A stretch of DNA of 64,000 bases from Eledone cirrhosa (Eukaryota): the NCBI GenBank assembly GCA_964016885.1, contig OZ024742.1, positions 214,396,001 through 214,460,000 of the forward strand, in the 5' to 3' direction. The notes under the pieces are model-generated. The model made no database searches. It saw nothing but the letters and a program-made list of their open reading frames with translations, and had not been told where the DNA came from. This document shows, piece by piece, positions 1 to 11,959 of the stretch (positions are counted from its first letter, which is position 1; each line of letters begins with the position of its first letter). A program made the translations under genes and the position numbers.

Positions 1-129
1 CAATGGAATAAAACAAGTTTCGTGTACATCGGAGTACATGTTCCCTAGATATGGGGTTTTTCCGGGTACCTTCATAAATAGAGAAAGAGAAGGATAGAGA
101 GAAAGAAAGGTTGTGATATTATATGCATA

Positions 130-783
130 TATTTATATACGTTTATATAATTAATTGTATATACACACACACAGACATATATATTTTTTATGTGTATTTG
201 GTGTATACGTTCGTATCGCGCGGATTTACGCACATGTGCGTGTGTTTGTGCTTATGTGTATATGCATGTATGGCGTGTCTTTTCGCGCATGCTCGTGTAT
301 GTATGTATATATTTAATTATTATTAATTTTATGATTTTATTAACCTCTGTCATTTTCGTTCTACTAATTTATTTACATTATTCTTAACTCCGAAGTCGAA
401 AATCATTCGGTTTCCTAAATATAATATTAGTCTGAATACTCCATTTATACCATAAACGTGGTTTTGTCTTTGTGTGTATTTGTTCTCACCGCTTCATATA
501 ACGACGTATTATCTTCGCTTTTTTCCGTTCAATGCCAGGGAACGTCTGTATGAACCAAAGTATTGTCTTCCTGTTTTCCTTCGGTTGCAAGGTTTTTTGA
601 AACATTTATTTCTGCGTTCACAGATAGATTTTTTTTAGTTTCAGAAGATCCCGTTAAGGGTGAAAGCAGTGATCTTTGCTTAAACTTTCATCTGTTATTT
701 TAATAAATATTTGCTCTAGGGTTCTTATATATTTGATATATATTTATCATTATCAAGCCCTCTTTGGATTTTAGTCGTCACTT
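130..783 (+). mobile_element. Non-autonomous Penelope-like element, family A (internal region plus pLTR ending at a (TA)n tract)
   Basis: 430-783 matches repeats at 17505-17722, 23413-23828 and 33800-35065; 250-430 is homologous (reverse complement) to 34260-34400; contains a hammerhead-like fold at 637-686, then AATAAA, then (TA)n. Confidence 0.7.
637..686 (+). ncRNA. Hammerhead ribozyme-like fold, family A (non-canonical CAGAAGA core)
   Basis: agttt CAGAAGA t-ccc gttaa ggg-t GAAA gca gtgatctt tgc T T aaact: stem I 5 bp, helix II 3 bp, stem III 4 bp, CUU triplet. Confidence 0.6.
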
Positions 784-793
784 TTATTATTAT

Positions 794-842
<49 letters not shown>

Positions 843-989
843 AATAAAAATACTAGAGTGTGTTGGAGTTAAACACCCTCTTCGTATTATAGAAATGACA
901 GTAAAGGTAGAGCTCGATGTAATTAAACAGTGCTGAAGAATTGTGAAAATAAACCAAAGAAGCCTTAAATACATCAAAAGTCTTTATTA

Positions 990-1027
990 GCCAACAATGT
1001 TTCGTCCTATTAAGGACTCATCAGGGC
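990..1027 (-). ncRNA. Minimal type I hammerhead ribozyme (family B)
   Basis: Reverse complement reads gcc CTGATGA gtcc ttaata ggac GAAA c att g T T ggc. Confidence 0.85.
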
Positions 1028-2541
1028 AATTAAAATTATAAGAAGCACTAATACAAGCCAAAAACTCAGAGGAATATGGAGTGTACATACAATAAAGCAT
1101 AGGAAAATTATCGGGTAAAAATTATCAAGTAAAAATTGCTAAGGAAGTGAATAACCATATTACAAATATAGTCCAATGCAAAAACTAAAGCTAAACAAAG
1201 GTGGTGATATAGAGCGGGAATTATTGTACTATATATAATATAATATAATATAATATAAAATAATATAATTGATAATGACAATAATAATAACAATATTAAA
1301 AGGCCCAATATACATACATATATATATACATATGTACACATATATACATATATATCAATACACATTTCCATCAATATAAGCACAAACTAACCCTTATTAA
1401 GAGTTTAAATATAAATAATAATAATAATAAGAAGAAGAATAAAAATAAAAATAGAAATGAAAATAAAAATATAATACATATATTATTCACAGTTTAAAAT
1501 GAAGAAGAAATGATTAAAAGTAAACATATAATCTATTATAATAAACTATATAATTATATAATTATATAATAGATAATCTCCGGTTAATTTGCACAAACAA
1601 TATAAATGTTACAATAATACTATAATAACAATATTTTAATATAATGGCATATAACTTAACTAATCATATAGAGTTACAGACCGGGTGAGAAAAAATATTG
1701 TACAGAACTATATTATGTTGGAAAAATTATGTTGGAAAAATATCAAAACCATTGCAAGAAAACAGATGGAGGTCACATTTCTCTACAATTGGTGTAAATA
1801 AATATTATCCAAACATTACAAAAATTATAAAAAATATTAACATATTACAGAATTTACAAAATTTAACATAACATAATGGTACATTTGATAATCGGTAAAT
1901 AATAAAGATCAGTAGTACGTTTACAAAGAGTGGAATGATATAAAAATGTCAATATAAAATATTGAACATAGTATAATATACATAATTACGTGGTTGGTGG
2001 AAAGACATTTATGAATAAGTGAATAATAACCAGACAGAAAACTACGCACGGTAGTATAAATATATAAATAAAATCAACCGGAAATCGAAAAACAAAAACA
2101 AAAGTATTTACTTAGGTGTCACATGCAGTTAAGTTAAAAATTTAGGAAACAAACCCGGATAAATGACTAGAAAACCCTATTAAATTAATTAATATTGAAA
2201 GTATTTAAAATATATAATAAGTCAATACAAAATTAGCTATGGTTTAAGTAATCAAAAACTCCAAAGTTTAAGATATCGCTATAAAAATATGTGGAAAGGA
2301 ATGAAATATTCTACTATCAGTTGAATAACGTTATCTAATAATCGGACTTTAAGTATAATTATGGTAGGCCAATGGGGACAGAAAAAAGAAATGTATGGTT
2401 CAAAATGTTATTCACTTCCTTAGCAATTTTTACTTGATAATTTTTACCCGATAATTTTCCTATGCTTTATTGTATGTACACTCCATATTCTTCTGAGTTT
2501 TTGGCTTGTATTGGCCTATAGTGCTTCTTATAACTTTAATT

Positions 2542-2579
2542 GCCCTGATGAGTCCTTAATAGGACGAAACATTGTTGGC
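2542..2579 (+). ncRNA. Minimal type I hammerhead ribozyme (family B)
   Basis: gcc CTGATGA(2545-2551) GTCC ttaata GGAC GAAA c att g TT ggc; canonical core, 4-bp helix II, short near-palindromic stem III (aacattgtt). Confidence 0.85.
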
Positions 2580-2624
2580 TAATAAAGACTTTTGATGTAT
2601 TGAAGGCTTCTTTGGTTTATTTTC

Positions 2625-2627
<3 letters not shown>

Positions 2628-2668
<41 letters not shown>

Positions 2669-2680
2669 GAGAGAGAGAGG

Positions 2681-2773
<93 letters not shown>

Positions 2774-2774
2774 G

Positions 2775-2811
<37 letters not shown>

Positions 2812-2834
2812 GGGGAGAGAGAGAGAGAGAGAGG
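2628..2834. repeat. Compound microsatellite (TA)n(GA)n
   Basis: Read directly. Confidence 0.95.
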
Positions 2835-3066
2835 GATGGTGGTGTCGTTGAATGAAATTTTAACAGGTGACTTCAAAGAATCGAATACTGCATTACTGTA
2901 TCAAGCTAAAATTTGGTGAATAAATATAAAGTCATATGTATCATGTAACTTGTCTTAGGACAGGTTGTGTGTAGCGAATAACTCTAGCTAGGCAAGAAGT
3001 GTGTGTGTATGTGTGTGTGCGACCGTGTATATATATGCCTATGTGTGTGTGCGTCATAGACACCCG

Positions 3067-3164
<98 letters not shown>

Positions 3165-4164
3165 CAGGCCTACCAATGTCATTTTGATTATTTTAAAATT
3201 ATTTAAAAATTATTTTTAAGGGAACATGATTTAAAAAAACTATTTTTTAATGAACGGTAGCCAACGAATCACGGGTGGTCTAGTTATGCCTAAATACATC
3301 CTATTACACGTTTGATAAGGAGTGGGTGCAAGGGGGTCGAAGACGCCCTTTTTTCACACAGTAACTTAGTAAACAAGACGTGTTTCTGTTATTTACTCGT
3401 AGAACAATCTACTTGAGATTTAGATGTGATTTGTCAATAGAGACAACGGCCTGTCTGCTTATTCGTCTGCTTGTCTTCACAACATTCCTGTGTTCCACGG
3501 TAATATTAAAGCGATTATTTTCCACACGGAATCAATCGACGAATGAATAAATCAGAGTTTATTGTTTTGTTATGTTATTTATAATTATCGAAGTTTTCTG
3601 AAAGGTGTAAAATATAGTTATTGTGATTAGGTTAAATATTAATTTTCTAATGGAAGTACAATTAAACAGAAAAAAACACGTACATTTAGCTGTTTCTATC
3701 ATTATCATCATCATCCTTCCTAACAGCAACATTAACCTCATCAACAACAATTTATTGAAACATTATAACAGATTAAAACATACATTCACTGAACACTATA
3801 TAAAAAAACATGAACAACTCTAATAAATACGAATCGGCATTTAGCTATTAATCCAATACAGCTATTGCTGTGAGCATGCTCTGCAAATTTACCGATAAAA
3901 TAACAACACTTCGGATTTCTGCCACCATTTTCCCAGCAAACTAAATTAATAAATATAAGGTGTGTAATCCGTTTATTAGAACCAATAAATTAAGTAAACA
4001 TTATTATTTGAAAGAAAAGGAATTGTAATGGTTGGATGGGTATGGAGTATGTTTTTATTTTGTTTGTTTTGATAAAGGGTTGGATGTTTATTTGATGGAT
4101 AAAGGTGTTACACAGCGCCATTTTTATAGAAAAGCAATAGAGTTATATTAAATAAATAATGATA

Positions 4165-4388
4165 ATAATTGTTGTAAATTAGACACGAGGTCAGCCATTA
4201 TTGAGGGAGGGGGGGGGGTACTTTATATCGACTCCAGTATTTGACTAGTTATTCATTTTATTGATCTCAGAAGGATTAGATGCAAAGTTGACGTCGATGG
4301 CATATGAAATTAGAACGTAAATAGCATTAAACAAATACCTTGAGGGTTTTAGTCCGACGATTTACTATTTCTGCCAATAGATCACCCT
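4165..4388 (-). mobile_element. tRNA-derived SINE, diverged copy
   Basis: Reverse complement aligns to the SINE at 29985-30179 (head, central domain, tail). Confidence 0.7.
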
Positions 4389-4468
4389 TAATAATTTCTC
4401 CTAATTTACAGACAATGCAAGCAATACACATCTTTATCAGGGGATCATATCAATAGACTTCATTATCA

Positions 4469-4680
4469 GGGCGGCTGATGGGCAGTGCCGGCAGTGCGTC
4501 CGACAACAAGATTTTCAGTATATACTTTATGTTCTAATTTCAAATCCCACCGAGGATAACTTTGCTTTTAATCCTCACAGGGTTAATAAAATGAAGTACC
4601 AGTAACGCACTGGGGTCGATTTAATCGACATTTCCCTTCCCTCAAATTGTTGGCCTTGTACCTGAATCAGAAACCATTGT
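4469..4680 (+). mobile_element. tRNA-derived SINE, diverged copy
   Basis: B-box-like ttcaaatcc followed by gaggataactttgcttttaatcc...aataaaatgaagtaccag. Confidence 0.75.
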
Positions 4681-4877
4681 TTTCACTAGTACTTATTCCA
4701 TCGTCATTTCAACTCAGAAAGAGAAGCGCCGGAACACACTGTGAACATCTCACCTCTAATAATTCTGCTTATACGAACTGTTTGTAAGATAAGCGCAAGC
4801 CCAGCTATTTGTTGGAAGAGACGACGATTGAACCGACACCAGTAATGTATTGGTATGTTATTTTATTTCGGTGATTA

Positions 4878-5095
4878 AATCAGCAACCCCAGCAAGCTTG
4901 CTTTGTGAGCAGGGTGATTCCTGATAACTCTGCGTAATGAAAAACAAAAACTCGTCAAAACATGGGAAGAACCCAGGATAGACAACGCCATTTTAATAGT
5001 GTTTAATAAACGAGTATACAGAGCTCAATAAACTAATTTGGCAGTCTGTCTAGGAGAGTGATTATTCTGATTTCAAAACCGGAGTAAATGGGTTT
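4878..5095 (+). mobile_element. Probable RTE-type LINE 5' UTR fragment
   Basis: gcaacccc...gtgagcagggtg...aaaaacaaaaactcgtcaaa...ctaggagag...ctgatttcaaaacc; homologous to the minus-strand copies at 19990-20238 and 23870-24030. Confidence 0.45.
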
Positions 5096-5496
5096 CTTTA
5101 GTCAGCTTGGTGACTAATTTTCAAGTGCCCAACATTTTCATTCATGTAATGAATACGGAGGAGCTGTGGCTCGATATCAATCTTCCAAATAATGGTCAGA
5201 AGAAGATACGGGATCCACCGATGAGAATAATGGATATAAAGCATAATATAAACGAATGTTGGCGCAATTGTCCATGATCCCAGACCCTCATTAACGAGGA
5301 CAGGAAGTGTAAGCATGCAAACAAGACAAAGATGAACCTGGCATGATTTAATTCATGCGCAAAAACTGTAACTAAATACCGCGATTGTTTTGTTGGATGC
5401 TCCAGTATTTCTGCGAATAGTGATAACTCAAGAAATAGATTGGGATGTAGTCAAAATTGTTCAGGTGAAAGTTCAACTAATATTTAATTGATCGTT

Positions 5497-5541
<45 letters not shown>

Positions 5542-5809
5542 CAGCAGCAGCAGCAGCAGCAGCATTAGTAGTAGTAGTAGTAGTAGTACTAGTAGTAGTA
5601 CTATTTACTACTTAGAAAATCCAGTCGAGCAGGGGTAACTAGTGTAAGAAATCCCAATATACCATGCCAATTTTCAAGACTTCAGCGTGTAAATTAGAGA
5701 TAATTAGATCTATATTTCTAGGAACATAAGCGGCGGCATCAAAGTTCTCTCTTGCACTCTTAGTTAGTTTTCAATCTTGAGGGGCAGAAATTCCGTACAG
5801 ATAGGAAGG

Positions 5810-6502
5810 CGCTAAATATCTCAATCTTGTCTTTGAGAGGTGAAGTTACGCAAGGTCAGCTTTGATCACCTCATCCAAGATCTTCCTGAGTCTTCCTACT
5901 CCATAGATTCCATCAACTTTGATTGTCCTGCACCTTTGTATATAGCTGTAATCCTTCATACGCATCATATGATCACACCAATGCAATCTCATCTTTAGCA
6001 TTCTCTATCTGATCCCTCTTATGCCTAACTTCTCTCTCAGTTCATTTACTCTTTGCCATACATGTATATTACTATTAAACATCGATCGGAGCATGTATGC
6101 TTCATTTCTTTCCAATCTCAGCAGATCCTCTTCACAGAGTGCCCAGGTCTCACCACCATGTAACATTCATATACATGCATCGTACACTCTGCCCTTCATT
6201 TTAAGGGAAACACATTTTATAGCTAACTGCAGTAGTATGTCTCTGAACGTTTTCTATCACGTTCTTACTCTGGCTACTTCGGAATATCCTCCTCCACTGC
6301 TGATTTCGTCACGCAGGTAACAGAAACTCGACTATTACTATAGACTCGTCTGGGCATTTGAAGGAGCTCTTATCCCGTGGGCACTTGCTATTTACTACAT
6401 CTGCGCATCGATCACATATACAAGATACGTTCTTTGATAGCCTAACTGTGATTCCACTACATCCTTTATGTACCCATATCTTGCACTTCGGACATAGAAT
6501 GG
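5810..6502 (-). mobile_element. RTE-clade LINE 3' fragment (decayed)
   Basis: Encodes CPKCKIWVHKGCSGI...CDRC (Cys/His module seen in invertebrate RTE ORFs), then remnants of the GxETW and LHWxxHxxR motifs; stops and frameshifts. Confidence 0.7.
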
Positions 6503-7177
6503 AATTGTAGAAATTGAGTAGTAACAAAAATGATACAAAATTAAAGGGGTCTAACACATCTGCTATAAGTAGTTAGTAAAACGTATTCGGCCAATTCTAT
6601 CTTAAAAATAAAGATAGATTTGGCCGAATACGTTTTACTAACGACTTATAGCAGATGTGTTAGACCCCTTTAATTTTGCATCATTTTTGTTACTACTCCA
6701 TTTCTACAATTTTTTTCTATTCTCAACTTATTAACTGTAATTGTAAGATAGCATTGTGATGTTTTTTATTCATTTCTCACTATCTAATTTTATATTTTTT
6801 TTTATTTCTTTCTATTATCTTTTATTATCTCCTACTCTCATTCGAATTACCTATTCTACAACCACCCTCCTCCATTTCATACACTATCCTTAGAATCTGC
6901 TGTATACATATCACTTTCAACGCTTGACCGGCTTCACTCACTCCCCTATTGTTCTACAGGCAAGTCCAGCCACCCCTACCTCCCACCAAATGCCATGATT
7001 GACTTATTTGTGTGTACAACAAATTTTAACCAATCCTCTTGACAACTAGAATCTTCCCATATAAGGAAGTACCCCTTGACAAGTTCGGCTATTTATTCAC
7101 CAGGCTAAAAATTCTAATTTAGTCCAGAAATAACCGCCGAAACGGCTTCAGCTCTACCGTCGGGGGTCATACTTTTT

Positions 7178-7180
<3 letters not shown>
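6503..7180 (+). mobile_element. PLE-like pLTR (family C) with 5' fold-back inversion, ending at (TA)n
   Basis: 6503-6711 is a ~100-bp-arm palindrome; hammerhead at 7071-7167; (TA)n starts at 7180. Confidence 0.7.
7071..7167 (+). ncRNA. Type I hammerhead ribozyme with U3-A8 covariant core
   Basis: acccc TTGACAA(7076-7082) g..cggctattt[loop]aaataaccg.c GAAA(7139-7142) cgg cttcagctcta ccg TC gggg; GUC triplet, predicted cut after 7161. Confidence 0.8.

Positions 7181-7272
<92 letters not shown>
7180..7272. repeat. (TA)n microsatellite
   Basis: Read directly. Confidence 0.95.
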
Positions 7273-7275
<3 letters not shown>

Positions 7276-8319
7276 GGAAATAGGTTTTTTGGGGCTTACA
7301 TCGGAACTGATCGGATTTGAATATGGAAACGCTACATCGGATGATTTGAAAACTTTTTAGTATAATGACTGAAATCATGAAATTTTGATTGTAAGTAATG
7401 TGAAATATTAAACAAAAAATTCACTACATGTTTAATAAATATAGGTCCAAGAATTAACCCTAGTATTGGAAGGACGATAACGATGTGTAAATAAATGACA
7501 ACACAACAATTAAGAATAAGATATAATAAACTGCATTTTTATTTTGTTTCATATTTCATTCATTCTTCATCAATTTAATTGCCAGTAATTCAGATAAGGA
7601 CTTCAAAGAACCTATTGGATTCATTCTTACACGATTTCTTAGAAAGATGCTATGAAATGTTTGAATCGATATACAACGATTCATTTTAAAGAAAACCATC
7701 TTTCCCTAGAGATTCTTAGTCGCTTCACATTCAGAAAAAAAAATCGATAATTGTCTCAGAATGATCTAGTAGACGGGATTATCAATGAATACAGACAAAA
7801 CAGAGATTTTAGTGGTCACAGAACAGCTTTCTAGGTAATCTTCCGCCGACATATTTGACTAGTTCACTATTGCAACTAATCAGAGATAAATAAATAAAAA
7901 ACAAGAACAAAAAATAAGAACATCGAAAGCGAATACAGAAGATAAAAGTGCTCATATCTGTCAAAACCATTTTAGACGAAAACAATAAATGCTTGATTGA
8001 ATAGGGAGAGACAACACTTAATAGATATTTCCAGTCGGCGAACATTTTAATGCATATCTCTTGCTCTGTGCGTCATAAAATATGCAGAGAATAAGAAAGA
8101 AGCTAATCAAGAGATGGACAATAAAGGCGTTGGAAAAGCAACATAAAATGAAGAGGAGAATCATACACATTGGTTGAATTTAAACTGTAGTGTAGCTATG
8201 TAATTTCAGTATCAGTTACTACAGTTTATAAAATTGAATAAACTTCCTTTTGCCTTCTTATTCCTCTAATTATTCGTGATATTGTTGTGGGAACAGAGCT
8301 TTCAAATACTTTTTCCAGC

Positions 8320-8510
8320 GCGTCCTGTCAGAAGCAACCGTCTCCAATTCATAGGGCTGGATCCCCGAAGAGACCAACTGAGCTCACTGATGTTATCTAT
8401 CTTGCTCGTGGTCTACCTCTGTGTCTCCTGCTCGTTAATTTTACCCGTAAAATCTGTCCAGCTATTCTTTCCTGAGATATTTCTGACATCAATAATTTCT
8501 TGGCAGTAAG
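8320..8510 (-). mobile_element. RTE LINE 3'-end fragment
   Basis: Similar to 22215-22400 and 62056-62225 (cagaagcaac...ggctggat.cc..agcgagacc). Confidence 0.55.
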
Positions 8511-10627
8511 AAATATTACGAAATATTTTAGGATGGCATTTCTCGGTATAAGTTGTTAAACTGATTTAGAATCGTGTGGGCTAGAGGAATATTTACTTGC
8601 CGACTATTTTCCGATTTTTCATTCATAGTAACTGTGTTCTGAATAAGTAACTATGAATGAAAGTGTAATTACCAAACTACTTATAGAAATGACATAGCTT
8701 GCTTCATAGTTTGATAGGTTATCGTGTTTATATGTCCTCTCTTTTACTATATAAAGTCAATAACTTTAACAGGAATTATCATACATGTTTACTTCTGGAA
8801 AATGTTTTAGTTTGCAGTGATCCGCGATTAATTGCAAAAATGTAGCTGAACATTTCGAAATGTACCGGCTTATTTGAATGATTGAATATAACTTGGTAAT
8901 AAATAAACACGACGGGATTTAATATTGCTTGTTGGATTATTAGATAAGAATATGACATCCCCAAAACTCTATGCAATAGATACAAAATGATGTTTTTTTT
9001 TACGTCAGCGAACCATAGATCTACATCTATAACTTCATAATTGTGTATTCCCGCCAAAACATATGCATGCTTTTGGCCATTCAACACTAGGAGATAGGTG
9101 ACGTTAAAGATAATGCAGTCAATCATAAATTCGATGGAGTACTTCGGTAATTAAATTACAATTCAGAGAGGCATATTAAAATCCAAATGAATACTTCAAA
9201 ATAAAACTAATTCATTCCTAGTAAATTCCTCTGAAACGTAGTGAAATCCAAATTAATTTTTAGTCTGTGCTTAAGAAATTCTCCTCAGATATATTAATTC
9301 GTCTAAATGATTAAACATTCTAATATAGCATTTTCCATTCCAAATTATTGAGATAAATTCTTGTCGTACACCGTAGAATTCAATGTAGGTATTAATATAA
9401 ACATATCTTAATCATATTCAACTACATATTTCACATTTCTCTGCTATATAAAATATCATTATTGCATTCAAGCAACGAGAACACAATTCATGTACTCACT
9501 AGTCTAGCGCCTGTGAAATATAGATTTACAAAATGAAATTTATGAAGCGAGAAACAGTCAAGTGATTACAAGATTTAAAGTGATTGTAAAGATATCATAA
9601 TTTACAAAGTGGGTAATAACTGTTGCAAGTATTCTCTCGTTAATTTGTAAAACTGAACTATTTATTACTGTTAAGTTTCCATCGATATTATTCTATTAGT
9701 CATCTGTACAGCTAGGAGGCAAGTGTGTTAATATGGCAGAGTCACTTGTGTTTGGTGCAATATAACATGTTCGCATGCTTACGAAAATGCATGCCCACAT
9801 AAACCAAACTCAAACACAGGCATAAACACATTAATACACATATATTCACACATGAACATATATCTTCGTTTACATCCTAACTAACGTGTTTGTCCCGTTA
9901 ACAGCATATTCCTACATTTCGGACTAGTCGACCAAAACCTATTGACTTCTAGCTCACTTAAATATTAAATACTTATAACGACATGTATGCAATTATTTGT
10001 CCACTTAAGTGATTTTGGAGTTACTCTAAATAAATGCTTTCTAAACACATTTATATAACCCCCCACCCCACCCCATATCCTAAAACTCAGACAATGAAGG
10101 TCGCCCAAACGTAGTAAATTATACTCGCCCCACTAATAGATTTAAACTCACAGCTACAACAATGAAGCCGAAGAATGTTTGAGCACAATGGTCATTTTAG
10201 ATGGAACGAAAGTGGATCACACGGAGCCATATTCCAAAAGACAAAGGGTGTAGTGGAAACATTCTGATGCACACTGTTATCGGAGCGGACCTGTTTACAC
10301 TGTAACAGTACCAAGAAAACTTGTGCGATCAAGCTGAAACCTCAATGAAGTGACCAGAGTAGTACCAGTATAACCTCGTATATACTCTGGCTCAGAAAAT
10401 ATTGAAATATTTTAGCGTAAACTCTTATAAAAAGGGATAGGAAATAAGATTTTCCTTGGCATTCTTAGATTAAAACACCTGTAGGGATGTTTGAAACATA
10501 ACGACAAGAGCAAGGGATCATGTAACCGAATGTCTTTTTAAATAAAGATTATTTCAATGTTTGATTTTTGACTTTTAATCAAACTGGTAAAAGCAGCGCA
10601 CATAATTTGATAAACAATTATTAGTAC

Positions 10628-10896
10628 CGTGGATTGGCAGTAACGGTAGAGGGTCGGACGCCATGCTTTGACGCGTAGAGCTACGGCCCTTGCCATTCTG
10701 AGTTCAAATCCTGCCGAGGTTAAATTTGCCTTTCATCCTTACGGAGTCGATAAAATAAAGTACCAGTAATACACTGGGTAATTGCTGGCCGTGTGCCAAA
10801 AGTAGAAACAATTATTAGTACCGGGTCGATAAAATAAAATATCAGTAATGTATTGGGTAATTACTGGTCTTGTGCCACAAGTAGAAACGATTATTA
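10628..10896 (+). mobile_element. tRNA-derived SINE with duplicated 3' tail
   Basis: A box tggcagtaacgg, B box gagttcaaatcc, central gcctttcatccttacggagtcgataaaataaagtaccag (resembles the MetaSINE-type domain, from memory); tail repeated at 10823-10896. Confidence 0.9.
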
Positions 10897-11170
10897 GACC
10901 CCCTCTGCGAATCATATTCTACTCACTTGATAAAAATCAGAATTGATGAGTATACATAAAAACACAGCTACTGAAAAACGCTATTTACTTCATATTAATG
11001 CGTATAGAACTATGTCTCACATATTACATAGTGCGTTTAAGAGAGTATAATCCAGTTTCATCGGAGTTCCTCGGTAAACCTGTTTTAATTAATGTCACAT
11101 CGAATAAATCTTTCTTTCCTTTCTCGTTCATTTTGTTCATTTATTCCTTTCCTTTATTTTCCTCCTCAAG

Positions 11171-11187
11171 ACGTTCCTGTACACCTG
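11171..11187 (+). other. Candidate 17-nt micro-exon
   Basis: ~60-nt polypyrimidine tract ending in AG at 11169-11170; strong donor CTG|GTAAGT at 11188. Confidence 0.35.
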
Positions 11188-11642
11188 GTAAGTATTTTAT
11201 ATCCTATTATATATCCTGTCTCACATAGATACTAATAACCGTTACATTTTATATTAAATACTCTGGTTTCATCCTTCAGTTGTGGGATACATAAAATGTA
11301 GGTGTGCCATTCTGGTACATGTGTGAAATACCCAAGGTACTTCTGAATATTAGTTATTGCAACAACTTGAATTGTAATGTTTACTGGTTATTGATTATAA
11401 CCCGCTACTATAAACGTATCTCACCAGAATTGGATTTCTACACAACTATTGGATTTATTACGAAACAAGATATTTGTGAATATGATTCACGAATAGACAA
11501 CATCTCTCTCCTGTGTTTCAATTTGTACTTTCTTTCTAACACACCTTTCTAGCAAAGGTGTTTCATCATAGTGAGCTCAAGTGTATTTGAATATACTGTA
11601 ATTATTACCTCCATCGAGTCACCTTCCAAATTAGATTAAGTC

Positions 11643-11822
11643 TGGGTATGGGCTGAAAAGTTCATAAAGGGACTATGAAGGAGTGCTGTGAAATCTTGTA
11701 TGCCTTAATTTCAACTCTTCCGTATTGTTTATCCCCGGGGACAATGGTGAAAAATAAAACTAATTTGGTCATTATATGTGAGAATGGAGGTTAGCCTATG
11801 AACGTTTCAACCAACCCGTGTT
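11643..11822. mobile_element. Mariner-derived MITE
   Basis: Imperfect TIRs: gggtatgggctgaaaagttcata ... tatgaacgtttcaaccaacccgtg. Confidence 0.65.
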
Positions 11823-11874
11823 AACATATTCAAAAGGCGTTTCACCACACACATATTTAGAGAGAGGGAGAGGG

Positions 11875-11959
<85 letters not shown>

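Larger units (their letters stand above)
841..2627. mobile_element. Non-coding PLE-like element (family B) with ~210-bp inverted terminal repeats, between two (TA)n tracts
   Basis: 944-1155 is the reverse complement of 2407-2626; each arm has a canonical hammerhead; AT-rich interior has no credible ORF. Confidence 0.8.

Noticed and set aside
3255-3284. Helitron-like 3' end (cacgggtggtCTAGt)
   Set aside because: The hairpin is poorly formed and no matching 5' end or second copy is visible
4790-4830. Twister-like caagccc motif
   Set aside because: It is the reverse-complemented SINE tail; the pseudoknot partners are absent
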